Of a stretch of DNA of 64,000 bases, positions 38,841 through 47,553 are shown in pieces (within the stretch, counting starts at the first letter, position 1; each line of letters starts with the position of its first letter). The stretch is from contig FR902135.1 of NCBI GenBank assembly GCA_000437895.1, forward strand, positions 25,925 to 89,924, read 5' to 3'. Both the position numbers and the translations under genes were made by a program. A model generated the notes under the pieces. That model ran no database searches. It saw only the letters and a program-made list of their open reading frames with translations, and was not told the DNA's origin. The stretch comes from Clostridium sp. CAG:914 (lineage in GTDB: Bacteria; Bacillota_I; Bacilli_A; RF39; UBA660).

Positions 38841-39365
38841 ATGAAAATAGATGTTATTAATGTTGGTTTTTTGAATGAGAATTGTTATGTTTTAACAATT
38901 AATGATAAAGTTCTTGTTATTGATCCAGGTGATGATTTTGATAATATTGATAAGTTTTTAATTGGTAAGAAAGTGTGTGGAGTATTAATTACACATAGAC
39001 ATTTTGATCATATTGGGGTTTTAGATATGATAATTGATAAATATAATACAAAATATTATGATAAATCTAATTTAGAGGAAAGTGAATATAATATAGATGG
39101 ATTTTGTTTTGAAGTTATATATACTCCTGGACATAAAGAAGATTCTTTAACTTTTTATTTTCCTTTATATAATGTTATGTTTACTGGGGATTTTATATTT
39201 AAAAATGCCATAGGTAGATGTGACTTAAAGGGTGGAAATATAACTGATATGAGAAATTCTTTAATTAAAATGAAAAAATATGATAGAGATATTTTAGTGT
39301 ATCCTGGTCATGGAGATAAAACTTTTTTAGGAGTGGAATTAGATAATAATATAGATTATATTTAA
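38841..39365 (+). CDS. MBL-fold metallo-hydrolase (glyoxalase II-like)
   Basis: THRHFDHIG (HxHxDH), TPGHKEDS and GDFIF. Confidence 0.75.
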   Translation: MKIDVINVGFLNENCYVLTINDKVLVIDPGDDFDNIDKFLIGKKVCGVLITHRHFDHIGVLDMIIDKYNTKYYDKSNLEESEYNIDGFCFEVIYTPGHKEDSLTFYFPLYNVMFTGDFIFKNAIGRCDLKGGNITDMRNSLIKMKKYDRDILVYPGHGDKTFLGVELDNNIDYI

Positions 39366-39383
39366 TTTTGGGAGTTGTTTTAT

Positions 39384-39920
39384 ATGAAAAAAGATAATTG
39401 TAAAATATATATAATTCAGATGCATACTTATACGATACCTAGTAGATTAATAAAAAGAATAACTAATTATGAATATAGTCATATTGCTATATCTTTAGAT
39501 AGAAATTGTAATACTATTTATAGTTTTGGAAGAAAAAAATATACTTCTTTTATTAATGGGGGATTTTCTGTGGAACATAAGAGAGGAGAATTTTTTTCTA
39601 AGTTTAAGGATACGATATGTAGAATATATGAATTAGATGTTACTATAGAGCAGTATAATGCTTTAAAAAAGATAATTAATTATATGAAGAAGAATAGAGA
39701 AATTTATAAGTATGATTATATTGGTGTTTTTTTAAGATATATAAAAGTACCTGTTAGGTTTAAAGATAAGTATGTATGTAGTTTTTTTGTAGCTGATATT
39801 TTAGAAAAAGCAAATATATATAAATTTGATAAGAAAACTTGTTTTATTAAGCCTAAAGATTTTGAAAATATACCTAATTTAAATTTAATATATGTTGGAA
39901 ATTATTTGAAGTGTGTATGA
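39384..39920 (+). CDS. Hypothetical protein, possibly a permuted papain-like (His...Cys) hydrolase
   Basis: YSHIAISLD followed by YVCSFFVADIL. The assignment is weak. Confidence 0.35.
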   Translation: MKKDNCKIYIIQMHTYTIPSRLIKRITNYEYSHIAISLDRNCNTIYSFGRKKYTSFINGGFSVEHKRGEFFSKFKDTICRIYELDVTIEQYNALKKIINYMKKNREIYKYDYIGVFLRYIKVPVRFKDKYVCSFFVADILEKANIYKFDKKTCFIKPKDFENIPNLNLIYVGNYLKCV

Positions 39921-39977
39921 TATTAAATAATAGTTAATTTATTTAAATATTTGACATATAATTTATTGGGTGAAAAA

Positions 39978-40604
39978 ATGAAAAAAATTTATTTGTTACT
40001 ATTATTCTTTTTAATTCCTCTTAATGTATCTGCAGATGAGCTTAATTTGGCTGAGAATGCTAAATCTGCTATTATGATTGAAGCTACTACGGGAGAAATA
40101 CTTTATAAAAAGAATGAAAAAGAGAGACTTGCTCCAGCATCAATGACAAAAATTATGTCATTAATTCTTATTATGGAAAATATTGAAAGTGGTAAACTTA
40201 AATGGAATGATATTGTAGTAACGTCTAATTATGCTTCTAGTATGGGTGGAAGTCAAGTTTTTTTAAAGCCTAATGAAATTATGAGTGTTGAAGATTTAAT
40301 TAAGGCTATTTGTGTTGCTTCTGCTAATGATGCTACGGTGGCTATGGCTGAGAAAATTGCTGGTACAGAAAAAGCTTTTGTTAAATTAATGAATGATAAG
40401 GCAAAGGAACTTGGAGCTGTAAATACTAATTTTGTTAATTCTACTGGATTACCTGCTAAAGATCATTATTCGACAGCTTATGATATGTCTATTATGGCAA
40501 AGGAACTTATTAGACATGAAAAAATTTTGAGTTTTACAAAGATATATGAAGATTATTTGAGAAAGAATACATCTAATAGTTTTTGGCTTGTAAATACTAA
40601 TAAA
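39978..40604 (+). pseudogene. D-alanyl-D-alanine carboxypeptidase (PBP5/DacB-DacF-like), 5' segment, split by a mobile element
   Basis: Signal peptide, SMTK (SxxK) and SAND (SxN). The homologous sequence ends at ...FWLVNTNK, after which the frame runs 13 codons into element DNA and stops at 40643. Confidence 0.85.
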
Positions 40605-40613
40605 GTCGTATAT

Positions 40614-40651
40614 AAAAATTACTATAGTGAAAAATTGCTATAGTAATTTTT
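40614..40651. repeat. Perfect 14-bp inverted repeat at the element's left end
   Basis: aaaaattactatag (40614-40627) and ctatagtaattttt (40638-40651) with a 10-nt spacer. Related palindrome aatactatagtatt at 40714-40727. Confidence 0.8.
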
Positions 40652-40794
40652 CTTTATATTTAGATTGTTTTTTGAAATGTTAATATACCAATAAAAAATA
40701 ATTGTGTGTGAATAATACTATAGTATTTTGGAATAATTTGGAAGTTTATTCGTATAATTAGATGAATCAAAGTAGAGAAAAAGGAGGTAGATAT

Positions 40795-40899
40795 ATGATT
40801 CAGTTATGCGAAGAGTTGGAATTAGAAATAATGAAGTTTTTCTTGAAAACTAGTATTCCAAAAATTATTAATGAAAGGAAAGGTATTACTTCTAAATAG
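40795..40899 (+). CDS. Small ORF upstream of the recombinase (34 aa, not in the track)
   Basis: MIQLCEELELEIMKFFLKTSIPKIINERKGITSK with a strong RBS aaaggagg at 40779-40786. Function unknown. Confidence 0.35.
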   Translation: MIQLCEELELEIMKFFLKTSIPKIINERKGITSK

Positions 40900-40919
40900 A
40901 AAAAGGAGTGATATTAACT

Positions 40920-42353
40920 ATGCTTATAAATACAGCGATCTATGTTAGAGTGTCTACGGAAGAGCAAGCTACGGAAGGGTTTAGTATTCATGCGCAAAAA
41001 GATAAGCTTACTAAATATGCAGAAGTAAGTGATTATAACATCGTAGACTATTATATTGATGATGGTATAAGTGGTAAGAATTTAAATGAAAGGCCTGAAG
41101 TTACAAGATTAATTAACGATGTAAAATCAGGTAAAATTAATAATGTTTTAGTATATAAGTTAGATAGATTAACTAGAAGTGTTAAAGATCTAATTTATTT
41201 AATAGAACTATTTGATAAATATAATTGTACTTTCAATTCTCAAACAGAGAAAATTGATACTTCAAATGCAGTAGGTAGAATGTTTGTTAAAATTATAGGG
41301 ATATTTGCTGAATTTGAAAGAGAGAATTTAGCTGAGAGAGTAACTTTTGGATATGAACAAAAAACTAAAGAAGGTAATTATACAAATTGTAATGGGGTAT
41401 TTGGTTATGATTATTTAGTTGGTAAAGGTAAATTAATTGTTAATAAAGAAGAATCTTACTATGTAAAAAAAATATATGAGTGGTATTTAGAAGGGGATTC
41501 AATGTTAAAAATTGCTAAGAAATTAAAAGATTTAAATGTTCCTACTAAAAGAGGGGGACATTGGAATCAATCTACAATCAATTCAATTTTAAATAATCCT
41601 CTTTATATTGGAAATATTAGATATGGTGTTAATAAGAAAAATAACTTTGAAGTAGTTGGTAAAGACATAACAGGAATTATTGATAAGGATATGTTTTATG
41701 GTGTTCAAGAATTAATGAAGAGGCGAAAGAAATTTCATAATAAGAAATATTCTTCAGACGATACCTATTATTTTAGGGTACTTAGATGTAGTTATTGTAA
41801 TGGAAAATATCATGTTAGACAACAAGTTCAAAGTGGTAAGAAATATATTACTTATAGATGTAATGGACATCATAATAATAGCTGTAATGCTCCAGGATTT
41901 TCCCATTATAAATTAGAGGATTCTTTCTTAAAATACTTAGATAATATTAAAGACTTCAAATTTAATAGGAAAATATTAAAGAAAGAAGATAAATTAAACG
42001 AAGAAGAAGTTAATAAGATAAAACAAGAAATAGATAAATTGAATAGAAAAAAGATAGATGCAACAGAATTATTTTCTATAGACGAAATAGATTATGAAAC
42101 ATTAAAAAATATTAAAGAGGTAGTTGATTCAAAAATAAGTGTATTAAGTAAAGAGTTAGAGTTAATAGATACTAAGGAAGAAGATATAATAGAAACAAAT
42201 GAAGAGTTAATAAAAGAAATAATTGTTAATTTAAAGAGTAATTTTATTAAGTTAAATAATCATGAGAAAAAGATGTTTTTAGAAAGATTTGTTAAAGAGA
42301 TAAGAGTTAAAAAGGAAGGAGATGAAGTTATGATAGAAAGTGTTGTATTTTGA
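40920..42353 (+). CDS. Large serine recombinase (SpoIVCA/phage-integrase type)
   Basis: AIYVRVSTEEQ (catalytic Ser), resolvase domain LVYKLDRLTRS, recombinase domain, Zn-ribbon CSYCNGKY...YRCNGHHNNSC, and a coiled-coil tail. ATG at 40920 preferred over the GTG at 40908, which lies inside the RBS. Confidence 0.9.
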   Translation: MLINTAIYVRVSTEEQATEGFSIHAQKDKLTKYAEVSDYNIVDYYIDDGISGKNLNERPEVTRLINDVKSGKINNVLVYKLDRLTRSVKDLIYLIELFDKYNCTFNSQTEKIDTSNAVGRMFVKIIGIFAEFERENLAERVTFGYEQKTKEGNYTNCNGVFGYDYLVGKGKLIVNKEESYYVKKIYEWYLEGDSMLKIAKKLKDLNVPTKRGGHWNQSTINSILNNPLYIGNIRYGVNKKNNFEVVGKDITGIIDKDMFYGVQELMKRRKKFHNKKYSSDDTYYFRVLRCSYCNGKYHVRQQVQSGKKYITYRCNGHHNNSCNAPGFSHYKLEDSFLKYLDNIKDFKFNRKILKKEDKLNEEEVNKIKQEIDKLNRKKIDATELFSIDEIDYETLKNIKEVVDSKISVLSKELELIDTKEEDIIETNEELIKEIIVNLKSNFIKLNNHEKKMFLERFVKEIRVKKEGDEVMIESVVF

Positions 42354-42382
42354 TTGATTTAAGAACAAATGTTTGATATAAT
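42354..42382 (+). promoter_or_regulatory. Near-consensus sigma-A promoter inside the element
   Basis: ttgatt, 17 nt, tataat. It would give a ~165-nt leader before the Bro-N gene. Confidence 0.5.
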
Positions 42383-42555
42383 TAAATTGATATTAGAGCC
42401 TAACCTCACTTAGTACGGGGAATATTAGTTTTTGATTTTAATTTAAGTGTCGGGCAAAATAAATTCGAAAGGAGAAGACTTGTAGTAATACGAGTAAGCT
42501 AGGGTAACAACACATAACGCCTTAGTATAAAAAACAACAAGAAGGAGGTAAAATT

Positions 42556-43413
42556 TTGAAAGAAAATAAAATAGATACTATTACAAATTTATTTGAGGGT
42601 AGCGAAATAAGAAGTATTTGGGATAGTGAAAAAGAAGATTATTATTTTAGTGTAGTTGATGTTATTAGTGCATTAACTAATGCTAATATTCCAAGAAATT
42701 ATTGGAGTGATTTAAAAAGAAAATTAAAAGAGGAAGGAAGTGAGTTGCACGAAAAAATCGTGCAACTGAAATTGTTGTCAAAAAAAGATAATAAAAACTA
42801 TCTAACTGATGTATTGGATACTGAAGGGATATTTAGACTTATTGAATCAGTTCCTAGTCCTAAAGCAGAACCTTTTAAAATGTGGTTAGCATCTTTAGGA
42901 AAAGAAAGAATAGATGAAGTATTTGATCCTGAAAAAGCAATTGATAGAGCAATTGATTATTATCGTAAGAAAGGTTATTCAGATAGTTGGATTGAAGTAA
43001 GATTAAAAGGAATTCTTAATCGTAAGAAGTTAACAGATGTGTGGAAAGAAAATGGCATTACTGAAAATTATGAATATGCAATGTTAACAAATGAGATTTA
43101 TAAAACTTGGTCTGGTATGAAGGCTACTGAATATAAAGAATTTAAAGGTATTAGAAAAGAATCCTTAAGAGATAATATGACGGATATAGAAGTAATACTT
43201 ACTGACTTAGGAGAGGTAACAGCAAGAGATATAGCTAAACAAGAAAGACCTCAAGGTTTAAAAGATAATTTAAAAGTTGCTAAAAGAGGTGGAGATGTAT
43301 CTAAAATAGCAAGAGAATCTTATGAAATACAAACAGGTAGAAGTGCTATAACTAGTGAAAATGCAATTGGTGGAAGATATGTTGATACTAATAAGCAATT
43401 AAAAGAAAAATAA
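42556..43413 (+). CDS. Bro-N domain protein (DinD/antirepressor-like)
   Basis: TTG start after aaggagg. FEGSEIRSIWDSEKEDYYFSVVDVISALT is Bro-N-like, and the C-terminal half is conserved in the family. Confidence 0.7.
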   Translation: MKENKIDTITNLFEGSEIRSIWDSEKEDYYFSVVDVISALTNANIPRNYWSDLKRKLKEEGSELHEKIVQLKLLSKKDNKNYLTDVLDTEGIFRLIESVPSPKAEPFKMWLASLGKERIDEVFDPEKAIDRAIDYYRKKGYSDSWIEVRLKGILNRKKLTDVWKENGITENYEYAMLTNEIYKTWSGMKATEYKEFKGIRKESLRDNMTDIEVILTDLGEVTARDIAKQERPQGLKDNLKVAKRGGDVSKIARESYEIQTGRSAITSENAIGGRYVDTNKQLKEK

Positions 43414-43528
43414 TATTAAAGATGCAAACAGTGTAGAAAAAACTACATTGTTTTTTAGTTGTACGATTTTTTCGTACAACTAAATTAGAAAGGAAGATGA
43501 TATATGAGAAAAATAAAATTAGAAAGAA

Positions 43529-44056
43529 GTGAATTATATAGATAAATATGTTATGGTATACGCATATGTACCAGAACATTTTTTATCTTGTAAGGAGTTA
43601 TCTTATTTAGATAAATTAGTTTACATTAGAATAGTTGGTTTCTGTAGAAATGAAGAATACAATTATAGTTGTTTTGCAAGTAATAAATATTTTGCTAAAT
43701 TATTTGGAGTATCTCCAAAATCTATATCAGTAACAATTGGTAAATTAAAAAGATTAGGTTATATAAATGTTACATATTTAAGAAACGATACTTTAATTAG
43801 GGAAAGAAGTATTACTTTAACAAGTAATGTGTGGTGTAATTTAAGTAACAGTGATACTTTAATTGAGGAACCTACTATTCCTCAAAAGATGGAATATAAT
43901 AATAAGTTTAATAATAATAAAATATTAAATAATATTATATCTTACGATACTGATGGAGTTATGTTATGGCACGGAAAAAGATGTGAAGCTACACCAGCAA
44001 GTCCAGAAGAACAAAAAGAAATGGAAGAGTTATTAAGTAGATTTGACATTTTATAA
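43529..44056 (+). CDS. Winged-helix/HTH protein (replication-initiator or regulator-like)
   Basis: SNKYFAKLFGVSPKSISVTIGKLKRLGYI. The start is uncertain (GTG at 43529 or ATG at 43553). Confidence 0.5.
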   Translation: MNYIDKYVMVYAYVPEHFLSCKELSYLDKLVYIRIVGFCRNEEYNYSCFASNKYFAKLFGVSPKSISVTIGKLKRLGYINVTYLRNDTLIRERSITLTSNVWCNLSNSDTLIEEPTIPQKMEYNNKFNNNKILNNIISYDTDGVMLWHGKRCEATPASPEEQKEMEELLSRFDIL

Positions 44057-44088
44057 AAATTTATTTATTATTTAAGTATAGAGTAGAG

Positions 44089-44127
44089 CGCTAGTACATG
44101 CTTAATGGTTTTGTGCTGGCGTTTTTT
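44089..44127 (+). terminator. Rho-independent terminator
   Basis: 10-bp stem cgctagtaca/tgtgctggcg (two G.U pairs) followed by tttttt. Confidence 0.6.
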
Positions 44128-44549
44128 CTTTAGAATGTGAGGTGATTAATAAAAAAATAAAACATCCATAAATCATCCATAATTTATTTTTAAAATATAA
44201 GTTTATGGAAAAAACAATGGTTTATAAAAGTACTTATAAAATAAGGACTTGTTATATACTGGCTCTATAAAGTTACCATAATTTAGTAATTTTTATGGAG
44301 GATTTTGCAAGTGCAAAATAAGATTTGATATCATTATAAATACATATAGAATAAGGATTTAATATATTAAATGATATCAATTCCCTTATCCTACTTTTAT
44401 AAACTAATTGAAAAATACAAAAAAATATGAAAGAGAGGTAGATGTGTATCGGGTTATTCCCTATAAAAGAAAGGAAAGTTTTTATTGTTTAGAATTAGAT
44501 TAAATTTATTATGTAAGGAGTTATTTGTTATTTAAGATAGAGGATTATT

Positions 44550-45056
44550 TTGAGAGAAGATAACATCTTAGGATACAAAAACTTAATATATAAAATTTTA
44601 TCTCACTATAGAATTGTTTATAATTATAATAGAGACTTTGAAGAAGATTATTTTCATGAAGGGATGGTAGCTCTTATTCAGGCACATGATAGTTACAAAG
44701 AAGACAATAATGTTAAATTTATAACTTATGCTTCAAGATGTATTCATAATAGATATAGAGATATCTTTAAAAGAAAATATTTTAATGAGGAACCATTAGA
44801 TGTAGAAATTAAGGAAGATTTATATTTATTAGACATTATTCCTTCTAAAGAAGAAAAAATGCTTGATAAGTTAATAAGAGAAGAAACTAAAGAAGAATTA
44901 GAAAAATCTATTAAGAATTTATCTGTAGAAGATAATATTATTATATGTGGTTTATATGGTATTAAAACAAAGAAAATAACTCAAAAGAGATTAGCAAAAC
45001 AATTAGGTTGTACTCAAAGTTGTATTGCTAAAAAACATAATAAAATATTAATCTAA
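44550..45056 (+). CDS. Small sigma-70 family sigma factor (regions 2 and 4 only)
   Basis: 168 aa, TTG start. EGMVALIQAHDSYK..FITYASRCIHNRY (region 2) and C-terminal HTH QKRLAKQLGCTQSCIAKKHNK (region 4). Confidence 0.7.
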   Translation: MREDNILGYKNLIYKILSHYRIVYNYNRDFEEDYFHEGMVALIQAHDSYKEDNNVKFITYASRCIHNRYRDIFKRKYFNEEPLDVEIKEDLYLLDIIPSKEEKMLDKLIREETKEELEKSIKNLSVEDNIIICGLYGIKTKKITQKRLAKQLGCTQSCIAKKHNKILI

Positions 45057-45063
45057 TTAAAGG

Positions 45064-45095
45064 GAATCTAAAATATTAAAATTTAGATTCTTTTT
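45064..45095 (+). terminator. Rho-independent terminator
   Basis: Perfect stem gaatctaaa/tttagattc followed by ttttt. Confidence 0.7.
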
Positions 45096-45141
45096 ATTTA
45101 TAATATGCTATAATAAAATAAATGAGGAGTGATGTAATATT

Positions 45142-45624
45142 ATGATACAGGGTAAAAAAAATAAAGGTGTTGAAAATATAATAGGATTATTATTAATAGT
45201 TCCAATTTATTTAATTTGTTTTTTTATTAGTAGATTTATTGATTTATCGTTTTTATCTTATAATATGAGTATGCTATTACCAGGGATTTTAATGTATTTA
45301 CCTATAGGTATTGGTTTGATATTAGTATATAAGTTTTATAATGACAAAATAAATAAGTTAGTTTTTAATATTAATTTGATTTTTTTAGGAATTACTTTTT
45401 ATTATTATTATAGTTTTAATTTGGTTGAACATGATGGTTGGGATGGACTTGGATTTGGTATTTTATGGTATTTAAATTCTTTTGTTTGTAGAGTTTTATC
45501 TGTTATTCTATATAAAAATATCGTTGGTTGGAAAAAAGCGTTATCTTTTGTTGCTATTTTTATATTATTATTTATAGTCATGTATGCGATAGGTTTTTTA
45601 TTATATGAATTTTCGGGTATTTAA
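45142..45624 (+). CDS. Polytopic membrane protein, unknown function (last gene of the element)
   Basis: 160 aa with 4-5 predicted TM helices. Confidence 0.5.
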   Translation: MIQGKKNKGVENIIGLLLIVPIYLICFFISRFIDLSFLSYNMSMLLPGILMYLPIGIGLILVYKFYNDKINKLVFNINLIFLGITFYYYYSFNLVEHDGWDGLGFGILWYLNSFVCRVLSVILYKNIVGWKKALSFVAIFILLFIVMYAIGFLLYEFSGI

Positions 45625-45708
45625 TTATTTGATTAAATAAAAAAATTATTGTATCATTTCATTAGAAGTGATACCTTTTTACTATAGCAATATTCACATA
45701 CAATCAAA

Positions 45709-46224
45709 TTAGTAAGATTTTATGATTATATAGATGGATTAAAGACAGGATTTACTGATGATGCAGGGTATTGTTTAACGGCTACGGGTAAAAAGGGGAA
45801 TATGAGACTTATTACTGTTGTTATGAAAGAAGATAATACTGATAATAGGACAAAAGATACGATTGCTATGATGGATTATGGTTTTAATATGTATAGTGTT
45901 AAGAATATTATTTCAAAAGGTAATAAGATTGGTAATATATATATAAATTTAGGTAAGGAAGAATATGCTGATATTTCTTCTTTAGAGGATATTAATATTG
46001 TTAATAGTAATCAAGATAATGAAGCTAAATTTACTTATGAAATAGAAACTGATAATGTTACAGCACCTTTAAGTAAGGGGAGTGTTGTTGGTAAAATAAC
46101 AGTGTATAAGGATGGAAAATATTTTAATTCAAGTGATTTAATTATAACTAAGAATATAAAGAAAGCAAATATTGTTAAAGTTTTTTTTAGAAATATAAAA
46201 GATGTTTTAGTAGGATCTATGTAA
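45709..46224 (+). pseudogene. D-alanyl-D-alanine carboxypeptidase, 3' segment (KTG motif plus PBP5 C-terminal domain)
   Basis: The frame opens at tta 45709 as LVRFYDYIDGLKTGFTDDAGYCLTATGKKGNMRLITVVM... This is the same frame as track ORF 45802-46224. Joined to 40604 it gives ~380 aa. Confidence 0.85.
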
Positions 46225-46251
46225 TATAGATCTTTTCTTTTCATAATATTT
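46208..46251. repeat. 44-bp perfect direct repeat, copy A (dac 3' end plus its terminator)
   Basis: tagtaggatctatgtaatatagatcttttcttttcataatattt is identical to 48501-48544. It contains the hairpin gatctat/atagatc plus a T-run. Confidence 0.95.
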
Positions 46252-46449
46252 GTAAAACAAAAATGTTTTTTGAGTAATAAAGATTTGTCATATTAGATAA
46301 ATTATTAATAGATTTTTGTTTGAAAGAATATGTATATATTAATGAAAGTATATTGAAACTGATAATTTTGTTAAGCAATTGTTTTATTATTTAATTTCAA
46401 ATTGTAGATTTTTTGTTAGAATTTTTATACAATATAATTATCTTATTAA

Positions 46450-46999
46450 ATGGAGTTAATTCTTTATGGAACAAGATATTGTAAATACTTTAATGGAGAT
46501 AGTATTACTTATGGACTAGAAAATAATGAATATTTTGGTTTGTATAATAGATTAAGAATAATGATATGCTCAAACAATTTTATTTTTATCTAAGTATTTT
46601 TGGACAAAGTTCATGTGAAATTGAAATGGAACTTAAGAATAGAATTAATAATACTGATATATTTAATATATTCTTTGCTTTTGAAATAAAAGATGTTTTG
46701 AAATTAAAAAATAATAAAGAATATATCAAAGTTTTCAGAAAAATGTTGTTAAATTAATTAATATTGCAAAGAAATATACTGATAGAATTTACTTTTTGGG
46801 ATTACTTAATGTTGATATAAAAATTAAAATTGAGTATAATCAAGACGTTATTAACCAAATTACTGAATTATTAAAATTTCTTTGTAAATATAAAGATGTT
46901 GTTTTTTTGAGTATGTCAGGGGTAGTAAATCAAAATAATTTATTTGATGGATTACATCCAAATCAAGTTGTTCATGAAAAAATAAGTAAATATATATAA
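46450..46999 (+). pseudogene. SGNH/GDSL hydrolase pseudogene (frameshifted)
   Basis: Block I FNGDSITYG (46489-46515) in one frame and the catalytic block DGLHPN in track ORF 46796-46999. The gene is split across three frames by stops. Confidence 0.6.
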
Positions 47000-47078
47000 T
47001 ATCCTTTTTAGCAAGTAAAGTCCTAAATATGTCACTTTTAAAAAATGCACATTTGTAAAAAAATGTATATTTGTAAAA

Positions 47079-47515
47079 AAAGGTATTGACTTTGAATTCC
47101 AAGTATATTGGGGATGCGATTTAAAAAGTGAACATGAAAGATATTTGACAGATGTAATCTATAAAAAACCTTTATTCATAATAAATTACCCAAAAGAATT
47201 GAAATCATTTTATATGAAGCAAATCCAGACGGAAGAACTGTTGCTTCAACTGATTTATTAGTTCCTGGGATTGGTGAACTTATAGGAGCAAGCCAAAGGG
47301 AAGATAATTTTGAGTTATTGAAAAAGAGAATTGAAGAATTAAATATGACGGAAGAAGATTATTATTGGTATTTAGATTTAAGAAAATATGGGACAGTTCC
47401 TCATAGCGGTTTTGGTATCGGTTTCGAAAGATTAATAATGTATACTACTGGAATGACAAATATTAGGAATGTCAGTGCTTTTCCGAGAACAAAGTGTAAA
47501 AAACTTAAATTGTAA
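47079..47515 (+). pseudogene. asnS: Asparagine--tRNA ligase 3' fragment (truncated, frameshifted)
   Basis: [21 protein letters not shown]...[12 protein letters not shown], a 1-nt frameshift near 47222, then [26 protein letters not shown]...[15 protein letters not shown]...FPRT. There is no N-terminal or catalytic core upstream. Confidence 0.75.
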
Positions 47516-47553
47516 TTAAGGTTAATAATGAAAGGAGAACTTAAGATATTTAT

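Larger units (their letters stand above)
40604..45707 (+). mobile_element. 5.1-kb integrated element with a large serine recombinase, inserted in frame within the dac gene
   Basis: Flanks join to ACTAAT-AA-ATTAGT (a perfect dyad attB). Both element ends carry CTATAG-containing arms that are imperfect inverted repeats of each other. Cargo: recombinase, Bro-N protein, HTH protein, sigma factor and a membrane protein. Confidence 0.8.

Noticed and set aside
42440-42520. Possible c-di-GMP-I (GEMM) riboswitch, based on GGGCAAA and GNRA hairpins.
   Set aside because: The order and spacing of the conserved blocks do not match the GEMM-I consensus as I recall it, and the closing stem is only ~4 bp. 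It is kept only as a low-interest structured-leader candidate.
43504-43545. 13-codon ORF (MRKIKLERSELYR) with an RBS just upstream of, and out of frame with, the HTH protein gene; possible frameshifted true start.
   Set aside because: I cannot distinguish a leader peptide, a sequencing frameshift or chance from the sequence alone. The downstream ORF has usable GTG and ATG starts.
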